Source of the DNA: Carcharhinus longimanus
Taxonomy: Eukaryota
Length of the DNA stretch: 64,000 nucleotides
Assembly (NCBI GenBank): GCA_030264375.1
Contig: JASCQW010000132.1
Location: 115,496,435 to 115,560,434, forward strand
Reading direction: 5' to 3'
The position numbers were made by a program, and so were the translations under genes. Below the pieces are notes generated by a model that did not search any database, was not told the DNA's origin, and saw only the letters and a program-made list of their open reading frames with translations. Below are positions 35,770 through 48,224 of the stretch, piece after piece; the stretch's first letter is position 1, and every line of letters starts with the position of its first letter.

Positions 35770-37025
35770 TAGTCAGCATGGATTTGCTAAGTGAAATTCA
35801 TGTTTGTCAAATTTTTGAGGAGGTAGCCAGAGGTGTTGATGAGGATAATACGGTCTAACTAGGCTTTTACAAGGCTTTTGATATGGTCCCTCATGGCAGA
35901 TTGGTTAAGAAAGTAACAGCCCATGAAATACAAGGCAAAGTGGCACATTGGATCCAAAATTGGCTGAGAGACAGGAAGCAGAGGGATGTTTCAGTGACTG
36001 GACGTCTATTTCTAATGGGATTCCACAGGGTCCGATGCTGAGGCACTTGCTATGTGTGGTGTACATTAATTATTTGGACTTAAATGTAGGGGATAGGAAC
36101 AAGAAGTTCATGAATGACACCAAAATTGGTAGGGTGGTAAATAATGAGGACAATAGCCATAGACTGCAGGAGGATATCAATGTACTGGTCAGATAGACAG
36201 AGCAGTGGCAAATGGAATTCAACCTGGGAAAGTGTGAGGTAATGCATTGAGGAGCCTAACAAGGCAAGGGATTACACTATGAATGGTAGGACGCTGGAAA
36301 ATACTGAAGGTCAGAGGGACATTAGAATCTATATCTACAGATCCCTGAAGGTAGCAGGGCGGGAGATAAAGTGGTTAAGATAACATATAAGATATTTGCC
36401 TTTTTTTAGCCGAGGCTAAGAATACAGAAAAAGTGAGGTCATGAAGGAGCTGTGTGAAATGCTAGTTAGGATACAATTGGAGTGCTGAGTACATTTCTGG
36501 TCACCACATAATAGGAAGGATGTGGTTTCACTGGAGAGGGTGCAGAAGAGATTCACCATGATGATGCCTTGCATGGAGGGTCTGAGCTATGAGGAAAGCT
36601 TATATAAGCTGGAGCTGTTTTCCTTGGAGCAGAAAAGGTTGAGAGGGGACCAGATAGATGTGCATAAGATCATGAGGCGCATAGATAGGATGGATAGGAA
36701 GGCCCTTCTTCCATTAGCAGAGGGGTCAGTAATCAAGGGATCATAATTTAAGATTAGAGGCAGAAGTATAAGAGGGGAATTGAGGAGAAACCTTCTCACT
36801 CAGAGGATGATGGGAGTCTGAAACTCACTGCATGAGAGGGTGGTTGAGTCAGAAACTCTCATAACATTTAAGAAATATTTAGACATTCATTTGTGCTGCC
36901 ATAACCTCCAGGTCTATAGGTTAACCACTAGAAAATGAGAATGTGTAGTCAGATCTTTATTGACCAGCATGGGCACAATGGGCCGAATGGCCTCTTTCTG
37001 CGCTGTAAATGGCGATGAATCTATG
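35770..37025 (+). mobile_element. 5'-truncated CR1 (HER1-type) LINE, RT through tail
   Basis: KAFD.VPH, GIPQGPML..L.VVYINYLD, KFMNDTKIG, WQMEFN..KCEVMH and LERVQKRFT; tail gggccgaatggcctctttctgcgctgta is shared with HE1. Confidence 0.93.
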
Positions 37026-37861
37026 TACTGTCATGGAGGGATTTAACTTTGTGTCAATGTAGCAAGAGTGAAATTGTGTTGTGGAACAGAAAATGTACTG
37101 ATATGAAGAGGGGAGCTTTGTTACTTCTGTCTTCTTGTGTCCAAACCAAGGATGCAGAAGTGACAGTAAGTCTAAATACTGTACTTAATTAGAGATGAAG
37201 GAAGGGAAATCTGGAGACAAGAGATTTTTTTTCTGCTGAGGGCATAGTTCATAGAAAGCAGATACTTTGAATACTGTGGAAACAAAGACATTCTAGAATA
37301 ATATGTAGAAACAGCTTTCATTTTCCATTATGTCCAAATAGCCTAAACAGTGACAAAATTAACCATTTTGGTGTTTTAAAATTTATTCCCTTTTTGAATA
37401 TCTAAAAGCTATTTCTATAGCTATTTCAAAAACTTCTCAATCATAAATTGGATCCTGAAAGGTTGAATTGTAAAACCCTTCTGTTGTGCTTTTACAAATT
37501 CATATTAGATTACAGTAAAAATGTTCTCATGACACATTAATGTAGGTTTAAAAAAATCTTAAAGGATCATTATTTGGTAATAAGATACAGTTGGCATGAA
37601 GAAAATTCTGTTTCAGCACTACATTATGATAACATTTACTGTTTATATTATCGTTCCTTATGCAGTCCATATTTTTCTTCATCAATAAATTAGGCCAATC
37701 TTTTACTCTAGCTTATATATACAAAAAGAAGTTGAATTTATATAGTGTTGTTATTATAAAGGAATGTACTAAGGAGCTCTGCTGGGGGATTTAACAGAAG
37801 CAATTGAAAACGCTTTCAGAAGTTGAGTTGTATTAAGGATTTTTGAAAGATTAAACAAAAG

Positions 37862-38245
37862 ATTTGCATTAATGTAGCACCTTTCATATTTATATCGCAC
37901 AGTTCTCTACCTCTGATGAATTTGAGGTGTGGTCTTTCTTGTAACATAGGAACTGCCACAGTGCAATTGCATACTTCCACAAACTTCAATGAAATAATGA
38001 CCAGGTCATCTGCTTCAGTGTGTTTAATGATATGGCCCTGGGAGAACTTTACTGTTTTTCTTCAACTGGTGCCATAGGATCTTTCCTGTCCACCTGAAAT
38101 GGCCTCTGTTCAGCATCTCATCTTTAAGGCAGCACCTTCAACTGTGCAAAAATTCCTCAGTACTGCAATGGACCTTCAGACCAGAGTTTATGCTTAGTGT
38201 TTTGGGGTGAGACTTGAACCCACAACTTTCTAACTCTGTGGGAAA
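37862..38245 (-). mobile_element. Deu-domain SINE (SacSINE1/AmnSINE1-like), near full length
   Basis: Minus strand shows gggttcaagtctcacc, cagtactgagg..tgcacagttgaaggtgctgcc, aagatcctatggcac and tail aaaggtgctacattaatgcaaatc. Confidence 0.8.
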
Positions 38246-38249
38246 GGAG

Positions 38250-38690
38250 GTAGAGAGTCTTCAGAGGGATTTCTGGAACGTAAAACTGGCATGGCTGCAA
38301 GTGCTACTGCCAGTGTGATAATGTGGAAATGGTACTTCATGCAGCGCAGGATTCAAATAGTATGACTTTGAGTGATTTAGAGTTTACCAAGGAAGGCTTG
38401 CCTGAACTTGGAAAAATAGACACGAATCTTTTTTGTTGTTTCTGTGGATGGCATCCCTGGTGGAGTAGGGCTTTACTCCACCACAGAAATTGTCAATCCT
38501 AGCTGATCTTTTGGGGTCATGAAGCCTTGAGAGGTGACTTGAGCATGGATAACGGGCTCGGCAGCAATGAGGGTGAGGTGGATGTGGAATTTGGCAATGA
38601 TCTGAAGGTTGAAAGTAAATAATCTTGGTAAATCCAGTAGTTTAAATATCAACATTAAGCAAAGCCTGAGGATGTAGACAAAGATGGAGT
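38250..38690 (-). mobile_element. Old L2-type LINE fragment
   Basis: Minus strand AAEPVIHAQVTS resembles L2 AE.LIHAFVTSRLD. Confidence 0.6.
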
Positions 38691-39476
38691 GTGTGTATTT
38701 GTGTCTATATGGCCGGGGGGCTGCGTGAGTAATATCACTGGGGAAGGGGCAGATTTATACTAAATCTTGTGGCTGTATGTTTTATGTCGGCCTCACTGTC
38801 AGTTCCTGTGGACTTTTACTAGAATGTAGATTAGTTACGTGCTTAACAGTAAATAACTGTGGAAAGGATTGGATAAGCTGATGATTGCAGAGCTCAAATT
38901 CATTTGGTTAAGTACAGCTGCAAGCACTAAACGGCTAAAACCTCCATTCAAATACTGTACACTTGTGGCAAGAAGCACCTTCCCTCAATAAGGCTAAAAG
39001 CAATGTCGGTATTGTGCAGTACGTCCTGAGAATGTATATCAGACATGGACAGATTAGGAATAACTATTTGGATTGTTAACCTTGTTGATACTGATGCTCC
39101 ATTTCCCTTCTCTTTTAGGTATAGTTATGTGAAAACTGGAAAATTTCAATTGACCTAAATTTCTATACGATCAGCCTACAGGGTAAAAAGTAGTCAATGA
39201 AACAGCAAGAGAAGAGGTTGCCCCGATTTCTTCTTTAATTCTCTGTCCAAAGGCAAAGCGCCATGATTTTCTTTTACAATTAGCTTGAAGAGGCAGAAAC
39301 TGAGTTTACCTCAGCCAGAACAGCCCTGTGCTGTTGGCATTAATCTGATCCATATGCTAGCCACTGAGCCAAGTGTTTAAAGGGCAACAAAATGTCCCAA
39401 ATTTTATACAACTAAAATTTAAGATGAAGTTATGTTGAAAGTTCTAGCGGTTTATCACCTTTAAAGTACTGATACA

Positions 39477-39867
39477 TTGGATGGAACTTTACAAGATTTT
39501 TTTGAAGTGTACAGGTAGCATGAAAATGGGAAAGTTGCAGATTTATTTCTTGTGCAAATTTTCAAGCCCAATCTTATGCATTCTGTCCCTGAAAAGATGG
39601 GCTAGTCAGTTTCTAGCCAGAGAGGCTGTGGGCTGGGTTTAATTTGCCAGCCAGCCTGTAGGGGGATGTATTGCGCATGTGCAGACTGCTGTGCATGCGC
39701 ATTAGCAGTAACAGGGCTCTAATAGACAGAGAGAGAGCTGTCAGGCCCCTGCTACTGCAGGCAGCCTCAACTAGATAGCCCTCCCCTGCAATCGCAGAAG
39801 CTCGTGACCCAAGATGCAGTCCCTGCTGCACCCGCCCCCCTACCCCCACCACTGCCCAGACTGATCG
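39477..39867. mobile_element. Harbinger-type non-autonomous element, cut by gap
   Basis: Paralog of 33992-34640. Confidence 0.65.
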
Positions 39868-39968
39868 NNNNNNNNNNNNNNNNNNNNNNNNNNNNNNNNN
39901 NNNNNNNNNNNNNNNNNNNNNNNNNNNNNNNNNNNNNNNNNNNNNNNNNNNNNNNNNNNNNNNNNNNT

Positions 39969-40424
39969 GTGCCAGGGACCCAGGTTCAATTCTGGCCTCG
40001 GGTCACTATCTGTGGAGAGTTTGCACATTCTCCCCATGTCTGTGTGGGTTTCCTCCAGGTGCTCCGGTTTCCTCCCACAGTCCGAAAAATGTGCGTGTTA
40101 AGTTGATTAGCCATGCTAAATTGCCCCTTAGATTCCTGGGTTGTAGGAATTGAACCCAGGTCCTTGGCACTGTGAGGCAGCAGTGCTAACCCACTGTGTC
40201 TCCCATTCAATGTGGAATAACTCATTTCCACCTTTACTCAACACCTGGCTAATATAAGGACATGTAAGGCTCATTTTCTATCATTCTATGAAACTGAGCT
40301 GGAATACAATTAATTGAAGGGTAAATATGTGGTGTTATGGGGATAGGGCTTAGGTGAGATTGTTGTTGGTGCAGGTTCGATGGGCTGAATAACCTTTTGC
40401 ACTGAAGGGAATCTATGATTCTAT
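39969..40424 (+). mobile_element. HE1 V-SINE with a ~170-nt insert copied from 41448-41645
   Basis: Body to ~40140, insert, then the tail resumes at gggtaaatatgtgg (~40319). Confidence 0.85.
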
Positions 40425-41168
40425 GGCCACCTTACTGTAGACAATAACTTTAAATAATGCACAACCTGCAATATTTGAGTAGTCTGGTTATTATGATATG
40501 TTAACTTACAGAATAACTTACAGAATTGTCATTAAATATATAAGATTATAATAAGTTAATTAGTTTAGTATTGTGAAAATAAATTACAGGAGACTTGAGA
40601 ATCTGTGAAATATCAAGCCACTAGCAATACTTATTATTATAATAGCTCTGTTCGTCTGTATAATTGCGAGAATATAAGAATGATATTCAAAACGTACCAC
40701 TGAAATGTCCTTTATCTTTGCTGCGTGTGTATCTAAAGTAGGTGGACTTGTATCACACTGCAGGTACAATTTGTGTTTATTAGTTCAGTCCAACATGTCG
40801 GCAGTATAAAAATTGGTTTCGCAGCTTGTTTTTTGCATCACATTCTGAAGCATTACCTCATAATCTGGCAGGATACTTAAACAATACAATTTGTTACAAT
40901 TTGAGATTTTTCCACCCCGGAACAGATCGTGGTTAATTTAATCACTGTGGAATTAACTGAGGGTGTATTCATAGAGGAAGGGAGGGTACTGCGCACAGTT
41001 ATCTACAAGTACCCTGCACAGAATTTTCCATCGTTCATTTTCTTTTCCATAGTATATTTCTGTCCTCTGTTTCCTGCCTGTCACTCAATTTTCCTGATGT
41101 GTTGCCGACATCAATGCTCCTTCACCAACCGTAAACATGAGCGTCCCAACGCCTCACCGTCTGAGTGT

Positions 41169-41500
41169 CATAGAATCCCTACAGTGCAGAAAAGGCCAAT
41201 CAGCCCATTGGGTCTGCACCGACTGTCTGACAGAGCTCACCGCCTGTCCTATTCCTGTGATTCCACACATTTATCATGACTTATCCATCAAACCTACACT
41301 TCTTTGGACACTAAGGGGTAATTAAACAAGGCCAAATCACCTAACCTGCAGATCTTTGGACTATAGGAGAAAACTGGAGCACTTGAAGGAAACCCATGCA
41401 GACACAGGGAGAATGTGCAAATCACACTCAGACTGTTGCCCAAGGCTGGAATTAAACCCAGGTCCCTGGCACTGGTGCTAATCACTGTGCCACCACCCCA
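41169..41500 (-). mobile_element. HE1 V-SINE, full length
   Basis: Tail, body and head on the minus strand. Confidence 0.93.
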
Positions 41501-41603
41501 CTCATTCAATCCCATTCAGTGTGGAATGACTCATTTCCACCTTTAGTCAACACCTGGCTGATATAAGGACATGTAAGGTTCATTTTCTATCACTCTATGA
41601 AAT

Positions 41604-42497
41604 GGGGCTGAATTTTACACTGGGGGTTGGAATACAATTAATTGATTGCAGCTTGATGTTCTGCCCCCATTGCACAGGGCTCTGGGAGCTGCTGGCCATC
41701 AAATAGGACGGTGGCTCCTGTTAGGACTACATGCACTCCCATGAAGAAGATGAGCCAGGAATAAATTAAGTCCCAGAACTTGCTGGGACCAGACTGGCAG
41801 GCCCTGATCAGAGCATGGGGGCCAATCTGGACAGGGCACAGGAGGAGGTGGATACATTGATGGATGGGGGCTAGGGAATACTTTGGCGGGATATCCAATG
41901 GGCAAAGCAGCTCAAAAAGTAGGCCTCCCCACCCCCCCCATTGGCCCAATACCATTGCCTTGCCTCCATATCCCCAATCCCCATTGGCCCCACCCTGACA
42001 CACCCAACATTGGCTCAGCCCCTGGCACTGTCCAGTAGATGGTGCCAAGGTGCCCAGTGGTCATTTCCCAGGTGCGAAGCTGACATTGCCATGGTGCCAG
42101 TCTGGCAGTACCCAAGGGCCACCACCACCTTACACTCGGCCTCCCCAGGGGGTCTCAATGGCCTCCTGTTCCATCAGCAAGGCCAACATGACTGTTCCCC
42201 CTTCATGGGGAGCAGGTGCTTTGCTTGCCAGAGAGAACCTCTCCCTGCAAGGCCATAAAGGCAAACAAGCCCAGATGTTTGAACGCAGGCTCGCTAAACA
42301 GAAAAATCAAAACAGTATGATTGAAACAGCTGATTAAATAAATTAATCAGCCTCTTGCATTTCCAGCGAGAGGGTGACTGCGTTGAAACTTGCGCAAGAA
42401 GCTCGAAAACAGGTGCCATTCCCACTCACCAATTTAACCTGATTTCACATCATTTTCCTGTGCAAAACGGGTGTAAAGACGTTGCAAAATTCTGCCC
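41604..42497. mobile_element. ~900-bp Harbinger-type non-autonomous element with both TIRs
   Basis: TIRs gggctgaattttaca / tgcaaaattctgccc around a GC-rich interior. Confidence 0.75.
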
Positions 42498-42574
42498 ATT
42501 AGTAATTCCTGAAAATCTACAAATTGGGCAGAAGGGATGCATAAATCTACCTTTTCACTCTTGTGGATATGTTT

Positions 42575-42858
42575 TAAAGTTATTTACTTATTAGCATCAC
42601 AGGTAGGCATACATCAACATTGCAGTGAAGTTACTGTGAAAATCTGTGAATGTATCGCCACATTCTGGTATCTATTTGGATACACTGAGGGAGAATTTAG
42701 CATGGCCAGTGCACCTAACCAGCATATCCTTTGGACTGTGGGAGGAAACCATGCAGGCACAGGGAGAACGTGCAGACTCTGGACAGTCAGTGACGCAAGC
42801 CAGGAATCGAACTCAGGTCCCTGGTGCTGTGAGGCAGTGGTAACCATTGTGCCACCTG
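42575..42858 (-). mobile_element. V-SINE with alternative tail
   Basis: tcacaggtaggc.tacat.aacattgcagtgaagttactgtgaaaat tail plus HE1 body/head. Confidence 0.88.
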
Positions 42859-42869
42859 TACAAACATGG

Positions 42870-43235
42870 AACTAGGAACATCAGACTCCAGAGCAGGAGT
42901 AGGCCAGTCAGCCCACCATTCAATAAGGTCATGACTGAACTGTTTGTGACATCAACTCCACTTTCCCGTCTGCCCCCAATAACTATTGATTTCCTTGTCC
43001 ATCAAAAATCAATTTAATTCTGCCTTAATTAGATTCAATGATCCAACCTCCACTGCTTTCTGAAGGAACAGAATTCCATGGACAAATGAGAGAAAGAATT
43101 TCTCTTCATCTCATTTTTAAATTGTGCCCCCTAAGTTTGAGTCCCTCCCCCAAGAAGAAGCACTCGATCAAGTGCCCGCAGGAACATATACGTTTCAACA
43201 AAATCATCTCCTATTCTTCTAAACTCATTGGTTCT
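42870..43235 (-). mobile_element. CR1 LINE 3' fragment
   Basis: ggagtaggccagtcagccc..ccattcaataaggtcatg tail followed by ORF2 end. Confidence 0.75.
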
Positions 43236-43335
43236 CCTAAATTTGATACAAATCATTTGTAATTAGGATTCTAGATTGAAAATCTGAACTAAACGTAAGA
43301 AGATTTTCATTATATCCAATTCCACTGAAGTACTC

Positions 43336-43650
43336 ATAGAATTCAGACAGCGCAGAAGGAGGCCATTCAGCCCATTGAGCCTGCACCGACAACAATCCCA
43401 CCCAGGCCCTATCCCCGTACCCCATCTATTTATCCTCCTAGACACTAAGGGAAAATTTAGCGTGGCCAATCAAGGTAACCTGCACATCTTCGGACTGTGG
43501 AGGAAACCAGAGCACCCAAAGGAAACACACCCCGACACAAGGAGAATGCACAAACCCCACACAGACAGTCACCCAAGGTCAGAATTGAACCCAGCTTCCT
43601 AATGCTGTGAGGCAGCAATGCTAACCACTATGTCCCTGTGCTGCCCCTTG
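43336..43650 (-). mobile_element. HE1 V-SINE, full length
   Basis: Tail, body and head on the minus strand. Confidence 0.93.
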
Positions 43651-44599
43651 CCACCGTACCGCCTGTAATTGCTGATAACTGATTGGTGCTGACCACTGAA
43701 TTGATTAAGTGAAGAGTTTAGCTTTATTTAATCAGTGAAAGTGTAATAAGAAACTGTAAATCTCTCAAACAAAGAACTAAAATCACATTTAGATCACATA
43801 ATTTTGTTTCCTTTTAGTCCTGTGTGTCAGCCACATCTAAATTGGCTCCACTGAGACAAGCAATTAAAAATGAGCTTTGTTAAAATCAAAAGACTTTGAT
43901 ATTTCAGCACCTGTAGTAACCCTGATTGCTAAATGCTTTTTTTTACCAGTGTTTGTTTTACTAAGATCAGCTTTTAAAGCATTGCACTGTGCAGAAGCAG
44001 ATTGATATTTATGTCACTATAATAAAGTACTTGCCCTTCTGCTGTGGGAAGACAAGGCATTCAAATGTAAAACATAATTCTGTATTATTGTGGTTTGGAG
44101 CCATACTGGATTTGTTTTATTTAACCATGGATAGCAAGATGTATAAGATTCTACAAACAGAACAACATTTCTTTGACATATATTGTAGCCTTAAAAGATA
44201 GCTGTTCAGTTCTGCATTAGGCACAATGCAGTACTTTAAAAGTTGATTTTAGTGAATTAATTAAAAACACTAAATTCTTCTTTCCCTATCTCTGACCAAA
44301 GTCAAGCCTTTTTGAACTCAGTAACTTGGTCACCTTGTATTAAATATCAGTGCAAGAAGCAGTAGAATTAAAAACTTTATATTAGGGATATTTACTTACT
44401 GTTTACGGATAAAAGAAATTATCCTACTGTCTTGTTATTAAGTTTTACATTTTCAATGCTTTTAGGGCTTTTATGCCGATAAACCTCACACCAGAAGCTT
44501 TTCAGGTAGATGTTAATATTCTTTGTATGTAATTTTACAATTGCATTTTTAAGTAATGATTCACTCGGTGAAAATGTGGTTCTGAAAGATTCTAGAAGG

Positions 44600-47060
44600 T
44601 TGGAAAATGGGAAAATATTCTGCAGATGATGAGTTGCTGCTGCTGCTGCCTTGATATTATTCATCCTCTATGCATATAGGTGGGATTTCAGGAGAACAAT
44701 GGAAATCAGCAGTGCCAGCCTGCACTGAGTGTTTAAGTGACTGCTGTGCGGCACTATGGTGCCTTGGTCATTAAAGGATCTTTTTTTCTTGGCTCTGTAT
44801 CATTTGTCGGGCTAACGTGGTCCTGTTAAATTGCGTGACTCCGTGCATCTGAAGGTACTGACATGGCATATCAGGAAAAAGACTTACGTAATCTAGAAGA
44901 TAAAAGAGCAAATCCTTCTGCGACAACACATTTAAAAGACAAAAACAGTTTCTAAATTCTGTAGCATCCCAACTCAGCACAGCAAAACAAACAAAAAAAA
45001 GAGATGCCACCAGAATTATGCATTGGCTTTTATCACTGGTAATGTAATGCTGCCTCGAGATAGTAATAAATTCCTTGCAGCTTTATTGTCATGGGATCGG
45101 AAAATATCTTTTCATATGAAGCATCCAGCTTTTGACAGATCGTCAGATTCAAATTGATATTTTACGTGCAAGAATTTTTATGTATGTATAATATATATAT
45201 ATATTCAAAATTCCAATCATACCATCCTATCCGAAAGGTGAGTCCGGGATGATTTAATCCATGAATTATTCAGTTTTGAGCAGCTGGTGGAATTGCTATC
45301 TGCGAAGGGTTTCTGTGGCATTCTGCACTGCAGATTCTCTCCATTACTCCTGTCATTTTTTTTTATTCCTTCAACTGCGATTCGCTTTCCCCCGTTTTGG
45401 AGCCTGTCCCTTAGGGCCCTGGCTCACGTACTACATGCATCAAATTGGCAAAAGCCTACACCGTGCTAGTGCCTCCTCTCGCAGTTTCCACCGGCTGTCA
45501 TTTTATTTGTTGGCTCATTAGATACCCACATCCTAGCAATGCCTGCAGCTCCTGAACTTGATGTAGAAAAATGTAAAAACACATCAAGGCTGGGAGAGTG
45601 ATGCAAATATTGCAATCCAGGTGGTGACACAGTGCTTCCTTTGTTTTCGCAAATACTTTTGATATCTGGATGCTATTTCTTTGCCACCCCCCCCCATCCC
45701 TCCCCACCCAGCTGCGTTGCATTTATTGAGTGTAATCCGTTAGATAGAACAAGCAGGTTGATGCACTAATTCCAGAGGTTGAAGCTGAGATAAAGGCTGG
45801 CATTAAAAGACAATTTTAATCCACACGCGACGACAAAAGGATGGTGGAGCAGTTTGACGGTCGGATTTTATAGCTGCTTAAAAACTGCAACTGGAAACAT
45901 GAATGTGTACAACTCCATTTTTCCTCAGTCTCCAGCGTGACATACACTGCAATCCCCGGGATTCTCCACACGATGGCTAGGGATGTTGGTACTAGACAGC
46001 TGCTGCCCTGCATCCAAGAATGATTTGAAGTGAAGTAGGTCAGCAAGTCTGGCTTCTAATTTGAGTTCTGTGCTAAAGCCAGGGACAGATACTGTTGTCA
46101 ATCCGTGTTATTACTGTCATCCCTGATCTGTGCTAAGACTGGAACGTCAAGCTGCATGGTTGCAAAAAAAAAAGAAAGGCCTTGATCAAATGGTTGATGA
46201 AAAGTACCGTATCCTTTGTCTCGACCTTGCAGGTATGTCAGCGTGGCACACGAAACTATTACTAAAAAGGCAGGGGAATGCAAGACGTCCTTCATCAAAG
46301 GTTCTCATCTCAGCATTGTGGGCACAGACCTGTTTTACGGTCCTGTTACTTAACTGAAAGCACTGTAATACCAAGAAAATTAACCTGTAAAACTAGTCGG
46401 CAGTTTCTGTTGCTATTTCGCTCCTGATAATCTTTCTCTCCCACAAGGCTGACAGCGCAGGTGAAAGAATCCTATTGCTGCCCTGAGCCTGCTGCAGCGT
46501 CTGCTTTGCCGCACTGCGACTGGAAAACTGCAGCAGTAAGAGCTAGCTTTCTGGCAGTTGCGATCGTGAAGAAACCAGCAGCACTGTGACACTGCAGTCA
46601 GCTGACGTTGCAGTGTTATCATTTTAGTGGTGCTCCGCAGACTTAGACTGGTTCGCGGGGCGGTGCAAGAGAAGTGACCTCTTGGTGAAGAAGCGGACTC
46701 CGCTGAGTGCGCACGCAAAACAACTGGCTCGCTTCTGCTGCTTCTTGCCTCAAAACCATCAGTTTAAATAACTTTTGGCAGGGGAGCAAAGGAAGTGAGT
46801 TCTACTTCCTGTTGATACAATACGTGGATGAAAACCGCAGTACAGTTTCCCCTCTCCATCAGTGAAATGTCTACATTAATTGCAGCATTAATTGCGTCTG
46901 TGAAGAAAATATTTATCCTCCTATTTGCTATAGTGCAGTCCCTGTCTGCATCTTTCCTTAGCTACAGTAACCCTTTAACAGGCATTGAGCACAAGATTTC
47001 CATTGCAGCAGGCTGCATGTAATTAGTTCAGTTTAAAATAGCTGATCCCCAATGAGGGTT
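44600..47060. promoter_or_regulatory. Candidate promoter/enhancer island with possible non-coding first exons
   Basis: No recognisable TEs over ~2.5 kb and many retained CpGs. GGGGCGG at 46657, NRF1-like TGCGCACGCA at 46708, TAATCC at 45255, 45733 and 45817, and + strand donor-like sites at 45238, 46233 and 46795. Confidence 0.55.
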
Positions 47061-47809
47061 AATTCTCAAAGGTTTACAGTAAGATGTTTAACTATGCAGA
47101 AAATAAACAATGATTCAATTGCTCAGGACTGTATATTTATGTAGGAAACATTCTGTATATCGGGCTCCTCATTTTAAACTTGTGTGGAATAGATTCCATG
47201 AAGGTACCTTTTCCTGCCTGCAAATTTCTACTCTCATACATACCAATACAAAGCTAAGAAAGAGCCCAGTGAAATACTTTTGTGACAAATGGCTCTATTA
47301 AACAGGACGAGGTGAGATTAAAGTACCAACTTCAAAATCAATCACAAAATAATGACTGGGCAAGCATAAAGTTTACATCTGAGCCATTTCAAGTGATGTG
47401 TTTTTTGAAATGTCTTTCCAGAATGTTGGAGCTTCAATTAAGATAGGCTATACAGACATTGCAAGGGTGTTGACATAATGCCATCAGGGAAACTGAGCTG
47501 CGGAAGAATTTATTGAAATCACAACTCACCAATATTTAAGATGCAAAGTGTTGACTTCTTTGGTTGCTTTTGAGGGTTCGAGTCTCATTCTCCCTTCCAC
47601 ATTGTTTCTGTCATCAACAATATAGCAGCGACTGACTTCCAGACCTCCCAAAAATGCAGTTGTGGGTCAGCTACCAAGAAACGTGCAAGAATGACTCAGG
47701 GGTGAAAAGCACCTCAATTTCCCTCTCTCCATAAAATTTGGCCTCCATTTGGAACAAATTGGATAGCTTTTTCACAGGACACAATTGGTCTCATGTCTTA
47801 CTTCTGCTT

Positions 47810-48220
47810 GGTGAGATGTATTCGGATGTAACCAATGATAACATTGGATCTGTTATAATGTAACCAATGGTAACATGCTGTGAGGGTCAGCTGACTAGCT
47901 CACCCGGTAGACTATGTAACCAATGACAAANNNNNNNNNNNNNNNNNNNNNNNNNNNNNNNNNNNNNNNNNNNNNNNNNNNNNNNNNNNNNNNNNNNNNN
48001 NNNNNNNNNNNNNNNNNNNNNNNNNNNNNNTAACCAATGGTAACATGCTGTGAGGGTCAGCTGACTAGCTCACCCGGTAGACTATGTAACCAATGACAAA
48101 AATGATGTGGTGGTCAGCTGACCATCTGACTCAGTATAAACAAGAAGCAGTTGAGAATTGTGGAGAGCTTGAGTGGTTTAGTGTGTGGTCTTAAGTGTTG
48201 CAGTAATGAAATTCTTTGAT
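47810..48220 (+). mobile_element. LTR-like element with repeated CCAAT modules
   Basis: Repeated atgtaaccaatg, TATA-like gtataaa at ~48134 and a degenerate polyA-like end. The 70 nt either side of the gap are identical. Confidence 0.5.
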
Positions 48221-48224
48221 TTAC

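Noticed and set aside
46130-46357. 75-aa ORF in the promoter-like island
   Set aside because: It has a non-ATG start, a poly-A-derived lysine run and no recognisable homolog.
47861-48100. Perfect 70-bp direct repeat
   Set aside because: The identical copies flank a 100-N gap, which is typical of unmerged contig overlap.
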